Shown here piece after piece: positions 23,917 through 31,289 of a stretch of 32,000 nt of DNA. The notes under the pieces were generated by a model. That model was not told the DNA's origin. It did no database searches and worked only from the letters and a program-made list of their open reading frames with translations. The position numbers and the translations under genes were made by a program. The DNA comes from Pyrobaculum calidifontis JCM 11548 (GTDB lineage: Archaea; Thermoproteota; Thermoprotei; Thermoproteales; Thermoproteaceae), in NCBI RefSeq assembly GCF_000015805.1, contig NC_009073.1, positions 1,800,001-1,832,000 on the forward strand, in the 5' to 3' direction. Position 1 is the first letter of the stretch. Each line of letters opens with the position of its first letter.

Positions 23917-24489
23917 CTACTGCGCCGGTTGTTGCTGTTGTGGGGCTGGGGCCGCCGGCTTGGCCGCGGGCGGCTTAGGCGGAGGCGGCAGATAAGGCGT
24001 CAAGTCCACTTTCACTGGCTCCACGTAGGGCCCCGGCTTACCCTTGATCTTGTTGTGGAGCATGATGAACGCCCTAATCACTGCCTCGGGGGTGGGCGGA
24101 CACCCGGCGATATATACATCCACTGGCACTACTGTGTCCACCTGCACCACGTGGTACGAGTTCCAGAAGAGTCCTCCCCGCACGGCGCAGGCCCCCATGG
24201 CGATTACGAACTTGGGCTCCGGCATCTGCTCGTACACCTGCTTCAACACCTTGGCCATCTTCTTGGTCACGGTACCCTCCACCAGTATCACATTGCTCTG
24301 CCTCATGGTGTGGAACGGGAGGACTCCCCACCTCTCTGCGTCAAAGCCTGGGGCAGAAGTGTGGGCAACCTCGACCCCGCAACAAGAGGTGACCAAGTGG
24401 ACGGGCCAGAGCGACCACCTAACGCCCCACTTGAAGAGCGGCTCTAGCTTAGCCTTCTTCATCAAAAACTCCCTCAATGCCTGAGCCAT
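23917..24489 (-). CDS. nuoB: NADH-quinone oxidoreductase subunit B (N2 cluster subunit) with Pro/Ala/Gln-rich C-terminal tail
   Basis: SCCGVE, GACAVRGG and GCPPTPE cysteine motifs. ATATTTAAA box (24509-24517) about 24 nt upstream of ATG 24489; the ORF track starts at GTG 24528. Confidence 0.9.
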   Translation of the reverse strand: MAQALREFLMKKAKLEPLFKWGVRWSLWPVHLVTSCCGVEVAHTSAPGFDAERWGVLPFHTMRQSNVILVEGTVTKKMAKVLKQVYEQMPEPKFVIAMGACAVRGGLFWNSYHVVQVDTVVPVDVYIAGCPPTPEAVIRAFIMLHNKIKGKPGPYVEPVKVDLTPYLPPPPKPPAAKPAAPAPQQQQPAQ

Positions 24490-24588
24490 GGGCATAGGTG
24501 GAAAACTCTTTAAATATGTTGCTACCACAGACGGTGGCTGAAAGGGTTCGGCGCAGAGCCGTGAAGAAAAGCCCTACACGAGGACTTC

Positions 24589-24993
24589 TCACTCGGCCAG
24601 TAGCACCCTGGCGTATTCTGCCAGCGAGTTTCTTATGGCCGCGTCTTCTACTTGGAGCGCTATGGCGAGGATTAGCTGGGCTAGGATGGGCCTCCTCTCC
24701 TCTTCTGGAAGCGCGTTGAGGATGTTGGCAGCGATGGTCGACGCGAGGCCTACCGCCTCGTCGACTTTTAGCTCTAGGTCTGAAAGAGCGGCGAAGACCT
24801 TCTCCTCTGTCTTATACAAGATGTAGAGGGTGGTAAGCATTAGCAAGTCGCCCTCGTCTATTTGCAACTTCTCTGCCCACTCTTGCACCTTTTCTGGGTC
24901 GCTCGACATGTATTGAACAAATTTTTCAAGCTCGGCCCGGGGTATTGAGAACATCTTCTCGGCGTCTGCCAGAAATTGTGCAACCCAGTCCAC
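24589..24993 (-). CDS. acidic all-helical hypothetical protein, 134 aa
   Basis: Clean ORF with protein-like composition. GTG start about 20 nt from the shared TATA box. No motif recognised. Confidence 0.5.
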   Translation of the reverse strand: MDWVAQFLADAEKMFSIPRAELEKFVQYMSSDPEKVQEWAEKLQIDEGDLLMLTTLYILYKTEEKVFAALSDLELKVDEAVGLASTIAANILNALPEEERRPILAQLILAIALQVEDAAIRNSLAEYARVLLAE

Positions 24994-25008
24994 GGGCTAT
25001 ACTTGGAC

Positions 25009-25018
25009 TATATTTAAA
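25009..25018. promoter_or_regulatory. single TATATTTAAA element in a 43-bp divergent spacer
   Basis: Roughly equidistant from the divergent start codons at 24993 (about 21 nt) and 25037 (about 23 nt). Confidence 0.45.
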
Positions 25019-25036
25019 GTAGTAAGTTGAAAATAC

Positions 25037-25768
25037 GTGTTCTCGCGCGTTGGGACTGGATGGGTGTACGAGGGGTACTTCGGCGTGGACACCCCCGAGG
25101 AGGCCGGGGCGAGCACTGTCCTAGTGACGCACCACCACGAGAGACACGTGGCGGGGGCCCGCCGGGCCAAGCTCGTGGTGATTAACCCATTGGAGTACGG
25201 CATGGCCAGCGACCTCGGCCGCGCCTTGCGCTACGCCGAGGTGGTGCTCAAGAGGGCAGGGGCCCCCCGCGACTACAGGCCTAAGATATCTGCGGGGCCC
25301 TTCGCGGGGAGAGTCCACACCTTCACCGCCGGGTGGGTCGACTTGGGCGACCTCTCTGTGAGAGTAATCCCCTGTGGCTCGCATACGTGGGGCCACACCT
25401 GCTACGGGGTGGGAAACGTCATCTTCACGGGGGACCTGGACGGCTGGATTGTGAGCGTCCCCACTTTCATCAACGTGGTGTCCTCTCTAAAGGGCCTCAA
25501 GGGCTATGTGGCATATACAGGCGGCGGGGAGCGCGTGGAGGCTGAGGAATTCGCCGCGGCGCTGGAGGGCAAGTTTAGAAAACTCCTAAGGGCGTATATG
25601 GAATGTGTTGGCGAGGGGACGCCCTACAGAATTGCGCTGTGTGCCAGAGGAGGAGGCGACGTGCTTAGGCTCTCCGAGGAGGGGCTCGCCTTCGTCAAAT
25701 ACTTGGCAGAGGGCGGCTATGTAAAAATTACAAACTCGACGCCCTACGTGGTCAAGCGCGTCGCATAG
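25037..25768 (+). CDS. metallo-beta-lactamase-fold hydrolase
   Basis: VLVTHHHERH (degenerate HxHxDH), PCGSHTWGH and FTGDL motifs, in MBL order. Confidence 0.7.
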   Translation: MFSRVGTGWVYEGYFGVDTPEEAGASTVLVTHHHERHVAGARRAKLVVINPLEYGMASDLGRALRYAEVVLKRAGAPRDYRPKISAGPFAGRVHTFTAGWVDLGDLSVRVIPCGSHTWGHTCYGVGNVIFTGDLDGWIVSVPTFINVVSSLKGLKGYVAYTGGGERVEAEEFAAALEGKFRKLLRAYMECVGEGTPYRIALCARGGGDVLRLSEEGLAFVKYLAEGGYVKITNSTPYVVKRVA

Positions 25769-26256
25769 CTCCTGCGAGGGCCGGACGTACACGGCCGGGG
25801 GCACATTGGCGGAGGCAACCCACAGCCGCACCCTGCATCCCATGTAGCCCGAGACAGATAGTCAGTCACAGCGTCTTTCGATTGCAACATCTGCTATACG
25901 CGGGCAATCAGAAGGCTAGGACCACTTCTTGGGCGTTACAGTAGAGGTACCTTGTGTATCACAGCACCGCCCGGCGTCGAGCGGACCTGTGCCGTGCCAC
26001 CCACGGTCTCACCGTAGCGCCCACGCCATTTACAAAGGCGCATAGACATAAACACTACCGCGGTGCCCTCAACCACAGCCACGTGGCCGTCGCCTTGTAG
26101 AACTTCACCGCGGGGCATTGGTGGAATGTGGCGGCGCTGGGAGCGTGGAGTGTCGCTTCGCAGTACGGCTGGGCAGTGGTGATGTAGCCGCTGCATAAGA
26201 AGCCCCTCGGCGAAATACTAAAAACGCACGATAGAGCTGCGGAAAAGATATTTAAG

Positions 26257-26562
26257 ATGAAAGGCGTATCAGCCGTGGCCATCCTTGCCCACAAGCTGGC
26301 CGTGGGGACAAGCAATACCACCGACGCCGAGGGAAGAGGGCCTGGCCCAGCCGCTACGGAGAAGATAAGGAGGGCTGTCAAAGAGAGAGACTCAGACATA
26401 GAAGTTGAGGCTTTTTACAGCGAGCTAGCACAGTTGCTGACGGTGGTGGGGGTTTCTTTCCCAAACCGCTCTATACTTCTTCAACGTGGCCTTCTACACA
26501 CTATGGGCATTCAACAAGTTGTGACCGTGGACATTTCCGTGCGCGTAGATATGACTAGATGA
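26257..26562 (+). CDS. hypothetical protein, 101 aa
   Basis: ATATTTAAG immediately precedes the ATG. Its stop overlaps the start of the next ORF (AGATGA). No motif recognised. Confidence 0.35.
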   Translation: MKGVSAVAILAHKLAVGTSNTTDAEGRGPGPAATEKIRRAVKERDSDIEVEAFYSELAQLLTVVGVSFPNRSILLQRGLLHTMGIQQVVTVDISVRVDMTR

Positions 26563-27008
26563 CTGACTGCCTTGTAGTGCAACTCCAGGAAAATATTCCC
26601 TCTCTTTTTGTCGCCGCCCTTTTCTGGGTATTCTTCTTTGTGGAATTGCGACATCTTTTGGCGTTTAGGGCCGGGAGGGCGAGCGCAAGCGCCGTTATCA
26701 AGTGGCAGTACGTCAATACCTTGTTGATATTCATAACGCTATATCTCGGCGCCCTCTTTTTCATTAAAGCAAGACCTCTTGTGTATATACCTGGGCAGTC
26801 GGACTGTGAAGCGGCCTTGATTAGAAGCGGGGTCATTTGGATAGCCTCATTCATCTTCCTAGCTTCGTTCTGGGGCCTCACCCTTGTCTCATATGCCGCC
26901 TGCGCTGTGGTGGAGGATGAGACATGTAGGATCCTCATGCCCGTCCTAGTCTTGAGGACTCTTGTAACTGGGTTTTTGACATGGCTCTTTATCGTAGGGC
27001 TGACATAG
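26559..27008 (+). CDS. hypothetical 4-TM membrane protein, 149 aa
   Basis: Four hydrophobic helices. Translationally coupled to 26257-26562. Lies in an A+T-richer islet. Confidence 0.45.
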   Translation: MTDCLVVQLQENIPSLFVAALFWVFFFVELRHLLAFRAGRASASAVIKWQYVNTLLIFITLYLGALFFIKARPLVYIPGQSDCEAALIRSGVIWIASFIFLASFWGLTLVSYAACAVVEDETCRILMPVLVLRTLVTGFLTWLFIVGLT

Positions 27009-27358
27009 ACATCTCTCTCTGGTTTCTCGTGACAATTTACTTCGCCTTGTTTGCCTTATACTACATCATACGTGCTTTGTCTCGCTGACACGTCCGCCTT
27101 ACGCCGGCTTGCCCCTACGGGGGTCGGAGTCCATGAAAACTTTCGACGGCTCCTTTGGCGCCAGCGGCTCCTCCAATACGCCACGGCAATCACCGCTCTG
27201 CCCATAGACCCGGTTAGAAGTCCATAACGTAAACCGCTAGTCTGATTGGTGCGGAACTGACGATCTGCCGCTTGGGGTGACCAGGGACATGAGCTAAATT
27301 GCGTTTTCTTGGGGGCGGTTTTTACATTCGGCCTTGTGAAAGGCGCTGGGCGACGACG

Positions 27359-27718
27359 TTAGACGCACTGTATTGCGTCGGCGGGTCGGCATTGGAAGAG
27401 GTGGCTGGGGTTGGCTGGGTCGTCTGTGGAGCCGAAGCCTGGGACGTGGGGGCAGAGCTGGGAGAGGCAGGCGGCCACCTCTTCCTCGCTCCTTTTCAAT
27501 ACCGCCGCGTATAGGGCGGCGCAGTTTAGGTAGTCTATGTGCCATCTCTTTGTCTGAGACCGTTCCAAGTGTCTCAGGACCCGCCTTATGCACGACGCGC
27601 CGCAGCTACCCACGTAGACGTAGACCCCCTCGCCTAGGGCAAAGCGGCGGGCGCCCGTGTCTACCACTTGCGCTGGGCATTGGAAGAAGACGAGATAGGA
27701 TTTATACCCCCTCCCCAT
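27359..27718 (-). CDS. DUF123 (GIY-YIG/Uri-superfamily-like) protein
   Basis: GVYVYVGSC...RRVLRHL...KRWHIDYL matches the DUF123 signature GxYxYVGSA...RH...HWHIDYL. Start is either ATG 27718 or TTG 27766, which overlaps the Sir2 stop. Confidence 0.7.
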   Translation of the reverse strand: MGRGYKSYLVFFQCPAQVVDTGARRFALGEGVYVYVGSCGASCIRRVLRHLERSQTKRWHIDYLNCAALYAAVLKRSEEEVAACLSQLCPHVPGFGSTDDPANPSHLFQCRPADAIQCV

Positions 27719-27762
27719 GTCACCCGGCTGTGACGAGGCGATGGCTGGCGCTTTACGTGGCG

Positions 27763-28503
27763 TCAAGCTCGGCGGGTGCCGAGCCGCTTGAGGACCTCCT
27801 CTGCTAGCCTTGGCAGAACTTCGCCGGCCTTCCCTCTTATGAACACGTCTGCGATCGGCGTTATGGCTGACTCCTCAACGTTTATTTCAACCACGGCGGC
27901 CCCGCTCTCCTTTGCCAACTTGGGCAAATACGCCGCTGGGTAAACCACGCCCGAGGTCCCCACCACTATCACAACGTCTGAGGCGGCCATAAGCCTCACC
28001 GCCTCTTCCCACGCCTCTTGTGGAAGCGGTTCGCCGAACCACACCACGTCTGGCCGCAGGAGGGAGCTGCACCTTGGACACCTGGGCGGCACCTCCTCCA
28101 CCGGCTTCTCCAGCCTGTAGACCGCCCCGCACTTTGTACACCTAGCCCTCCAGAGGGAGCCGTGTAGCTCTACCACACGCTTGCTACCGGCCCTCTGGTG
28201 GAGCCCGTCGACGTTTTGCGTGACCACGGCCTTTACGACCTCCGCCTCTTCGAGCTTCGCTATGGCGTAGTGCCCTGGGTTGGGCCTCGCGTTGTACACA
28301 ATCTCTTGCCGCCACTTGTACCACTTCCACACTAGGACGGGGTCTCTGGCGAAGGCCTCTGGCGTGGCCAACTCCTCCGGCCTATACCTCTCCCACAAGC
28401 CGCCGCTCCCCCTAAAAGTGGGCACGCCGCTCTCGGCGGACATGCCTGCCCCTGTGAACACTACGCAGTGGCGCGACTTGGCTATTAGGTCGGCCACATC
28501 CAT
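27763..28503 (-). CDS. NAD-dependent protein deacylase, Sir2/CobB family
   Basis: [23 protein letters not shown], zinc ribbon CTKCG...CPRC, VVGTSG. CACTTAAAAAC box about 24 nt upstream of ATG 28503; the ORF track starts at GTG 28521. Confidence 0.9.
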   Translation of the reverse strand: MDVADLIAKSRHCVVFTGAGMSAESGVPTFRGSGGLWERYRPEELATPEAFARDPVLVWKWYKWRQEIVYNARPNPGHYAIAKLEEAEVVKAVVTQNVDGLHQRAGSKRVVELHGSLWRARCTKCGAVYRLEKPVEEVPPRCPRCSSLLRPDVVWFGEPLPQEAWEEAVRLMAASDVVIVVGTSGVVYPAAYLPKLAKESGAAVVEINVEESAITPIADVFIRGKAGEVLPRLAEEVLKRLGTRRA

Positions 28504-28639
28504 ATAAACCCGTGCGTCCACGTTTTTAAGTGATGACCCAGGCGTGTCGGATTAGTGACGCAACACGACCTCCTCTGAAGACCTCCGCCGACGACCTCTA
28601 GTGAGTTACTTTTTTATAGAGGGTTTGGGGATTTGCGCC

Positions 28640-29236
28640 ATGAGAAAAGTGGCTATCATAGCTCTGCTGGCGGTGGTGTTGGCGTTTGCGGTTGGGTGGA
28701 CGACATATACGGTCAAGGTGAGCTCTGTGGAGATCAACGCCCTGGCGGTGAGCGACTTGGGCGGCGCCGTGTTGCCTATAAAGGTGACTCTGCTCACCCC
28801 TGGGGACGGGAGGGCCTACGTGGCCGGAGTGCCTGAGGCTGGGCAGGGCTTTGGCCCCTCTGCCCAAATTGCCTTGTACGTAGCGGCGAGGCTCTCGGGG
28901 GTGCCCTACAACAACTACACTGCCCTCCTCCGCGTGTTGGCCAGCGATGCGCAGGTGGGGGGCCCCTCGGCCAGCGGCTACATAACTGCGGCCATGTACG
29001 CACTGATGAACGGGCTAGAGCTTAGGAACGACACGGCCATGACTGGCATAATTCTCCCAGACGGCTTAATTGGTCCCGTGGGCGGGGTGTCGCAGAAGGT
29101 TCAAGCCGCGGCGGCCCAGGGGATAAAGACGGTGCTTGTTCCAATCGGCGAGGCTCCCAGCGGCGTGGGGGGATTAAGGTCGTGGAGATTGGCACAATTG
29201 AGGACGCCGTATACTACCTCACTGGCCGCAAGATAG
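28640..29236 (+). CDS. secreted/membrane-anchored S16 (Lon-type) peptidase domain, N-terminal part of a frame-interrupted gene
   Basis: Signal anchor MRKVAIIALLAVVLAF. Catalytic GPSASG serine and the GGVSQKVQAAAAQG lysine region. TTTTTTATA box 26 nt upstream of ATG 28640. The protein-like sequence stops at the G-run at 29167-29172. Confidence 0.7.
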   Translation: MRKVAIIALLAVVLAFAVGWTTYTVKVSSVEINALAVSDLGGAVLPIKVTLLTPGDGRAYVAGVPEAGQGFGPSAQIALYVAARLSGVPYNNYTALLRVLASDAQVGGPSASGYITAAMYALMNGLELRNDTAMTGIILPDGLIGPVGGVSQKVQAAAAQGIKTVLVPIGEAPSGVGGLRSWRLAQLRTPYTTSLAAR

Positions 29237-30312
29237 CCCGCCCAGCGCCCGCCTCGGTGGACGACGCCGCGTTTGTGCAAGTGTCGCGGGACTTGTTCAA
29301 CGCAGTGTACGGCTACTACAACCAGACTGTGCGTGGCGGCAATGTGGACTTGGCCACGATTGAGAGTCTTAAGGCGAGGGGGATGTACTACACCGCCGCC
29401 TCGCTCATATTCCAAGGCCTCGTCACTTACTACGACAACGCAGCGTCGTCCTCTAGGCGCACTTACAGAGACCTCTACAACCAAGCCCTTCAGATGGCGA
29501 AAGACGCCGAGGCTCAGCTCTCCACTATACCGCTCACCATAAACAACATAGACCTAGTAGTGGCGTCGTATACGAGGATCTACGAGGTGTACCTCACCGC
29601 GAATTCCACGGCGCCTAGGCCCGGCGCCATGTACGCCAGAGCTATCACGTTGAAGTCGTGGGTTGACGAGGCTAAGAAGATGGCCTACGGCCCTGCGATA
29701 AACGAGAGCGGCTTGGCGGAGGTCGCGCGCATGTACTTGGACTACGCCAAGGCCATGTACGCCTATTTGGAGACAACCTACGGCATGACTCTCAGCGACA
29801 TATCCACGGCGGTGCAAGTCGCCGAGGACCTCTACGGCAAAGGCCTCTACCTGGCCTCTATGGCCAACTCCATTGAGATAATAGCTGAGACGGCCGCGGC
29901 GCTTATGACGGGCGCCTCCAGCAAGTACATAGACATCGCCCGGGGCAAGGCCATGGAGAACATGGCGGCCGCGGCGCAGTGCGGCTATACAAACACCCTC
30001 CCCCTGGCCTACCTCCAGTTTGGAGACTACTTTAGAGAGCAGGGCAATCCGCAGAACAGCCTCATGTACTACATAATGTCCTCCATATACGCCACGGCCA
30101 TGAGAGACGTGGCGTGTACTCTTAAGACCGCCACGGTTTACAAGCCAATATTCTCGGCTAATACGACGTCTGCTACGAACATCAGTGAGACGCAGACGGA
30201 GGCGGGTAGCGGCTTGGCTCCTGTGAAAAAAACGGGGGAAAACAACTTGTTGATTCCGCTGGCCGTGGCGCTTTTGGCGGCCCTCGCCCTAGTGTACGCC
30301 TCTAGACGATGA
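29182..30312 (+). CDS. C-terminal part of the S16 peptidase gene (end of Lon domain, helical domain, C-terminal anchor)
   Basis: In this frame, IKVVEIGTIEDAVYYLTG continues the Lon proteolytic domain. The frame is already open from about 29170. Ends with a TM helix plus SRR. Confidence 0.7.
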   Translation: MEIGTIEDAVYYLTGRKIARPAPASVDDAAFVQVSRDLFNAVYGYYNQTVRGGNVDLATIESLKARGMYYTAASLIFQGLVTYYDNAASSSRRTYRDLYNQALQMAKDAEAQLSTIPLTINNIDLVVASYTRIYEVYLTANSTAPRPGAMYARAITLKSWVDEAKKMAYGPAINESGLAEVARMYLDYAKAMYAYLETTYGMTLSDISTAVQVAEDLYGKGLYLASMANSIEIIAETAAALMTGASSKYIDIARGKAMENMAAAAQCGYTNTLPLAYLQFGDYFREQGNPQNSLMYYIMSSIYATAMRDVACTLKTATVYKPIFSANTTSATNISETQTEAGSGLAPVKKTGENNLLIPLAVALLAALALVYASRR

Positions 30313-30604
30313 CCACGTCTTTTTTGACCTCCCTCCCCTTCCTCTTTCTCTTGTTGTTGGCTCTGCCGCCTGGCAGTAGCGCCAGGGCGAAGAAGGCTAG
30401 GGGGACTAAGTACTCCCAGTAGGGCGCGTAGACGTAGACGGCTGCCACGAGTCTCTCTACCACGTCGCCGTTTACCACCACGGCGGGCACTGCCAACAGC
30501 ACTAAGCCAGCGAGGGCAAGCGCGGTCAAGGCTCTGTCTCGCACTCTCCTAAGGGCGAGGGCCGCCACCACGGCCACCACGGTCAAAGCCACGAGCCCCA
30601 ACAT
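30302..30604 (-). CDS. small membrane protein with Lys/Arg-rich C-terminus
   Basis: Three hydrophobic helices. ATAAAATAG box about 27 nt upstream of the ATG. Confidence 0.45.
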   Translation of the reverse strand: MLGLVALTVVAVVAALALRRVRDRALTALALAGLVLLAVPAVVVNGDVVERLVAAVYVYAPYWEYLVPLAFFALALLPGGRANNKRKRKGREVKKDVVIV

Positions 30605-30746
30605 ATGCGCGGCCTACTTCGCCTATTTTATGTCCATCGGTTATTATGAGGCATGTGCATATATTAAGAGCCGCCGAGCGCATCGCCGGGCGGCGCGCCG
30701 TCGTTGGAAAGGATATTGTTTAAATACTGATGCAATTGAGGGGTTC

Positions 30747-31289
30747 GTGTGGTTCCTGCCTTTGGGAAGGGGGGAGGCTGTTGAGGCCATCAAGAGGGCC
30801 TACGGCGTTGCCCAGGAATACGCCAAAAAGATAGGGGGGCGTGTGGAGACGCTACAGCCCCGCCACATCTACGGAGAAAAGGCGGAGGACTTTGGCTACA
30901 CTCTGCAGGTGGGGAGAATAGGCGTCACGTTGCAGCCGGCCTCTGTCATAGTGCTGTGGGGCTTCTACAACGCAGATGAGTACCTCGACTTCGTGCGCTT
31001 TATCCACGACGGCAGAACCTACGAGTGGTTTGTCCACCCCATTGCCTACTACCCAGAGAGGGTGGGCGTGTGGGCTGAGGAGCCGTACATCTTCAGAGGC
31101 TCCCTCTTAATCGACGTACACGCCACGGGCGGCGAGCAGCGGGATAGAGTCTACGGCTGGCCTCTCGGGTACTTCGTGGCCCCCCTCCAGCCGCCGCAGG
31201 AGGTGAAGCCGCCGCGTGGGCGGAGGGGGCCTAGGGGCAGGGAGAGGGGGCAGGGGGAGTCTAGGCGCGGGGGAGAGGAACGTTCGTGA
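30747..31289 (+). CDS. hypothetical protein with Arg/Gly-rich C-terminal tail, coupled to the recombinase
   Basis: TTTAAATA box about 24 nt upstream of in-frame GTG 30747; the ORF track starts at 30630 with an implausible Arg-rich leader. The stop overlaps the recombinase start (GTGA). The tail reads PRGRRGPRGRERGQGESRRGGEERS. Confidence 0.5.
   Translation: MWFLPLGRGEAVEAIKRAYGVAQEYAKKIGGRVETLQPRHIYGEKAEDFGYTLQVGRIGVTLQPASVIVLWGFYNADEYLDFVRFIHDGRTYEWFVHPIAYYPERVGVWAEEPYIFRGSLLIDVHATGGEQRDRVYGWPLGYFVAPLQPPQEVKPPRGRRGPRGRERGQGESRRGGEERS

Noticed and set aside
23740-24447. 235-aa plus-strand ORF across nuoB/nuoC.
   Set aside because: It is antisense to two genes with unmistakable NuoB/NuoC motifs, and its composition is low-complexity Arg/Leu/His/Gly.
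26055-26399. 114-aa and 86-aa minus-strand ORFs (26055-26399, 25936-26196) in the A+T-richer islet.
   Set aside because: One is antisense to the better-supported plus-strand ORF at 26257. Both lack a promoter-like element and have odd composition. The region upstream of 26257 may be decayed sequence instead.
27763-28503. Sir2 as the effector of a defence system (Thoeris/DSR-like), given the nearby protease, DUF123 and recombinase.
   Set aside because: The protein is a compact canonical sirtuin: every catalytic motif, a zinc ribbon, and no fused sensor or effector domain. The neighbouring genes are on different transcription units.
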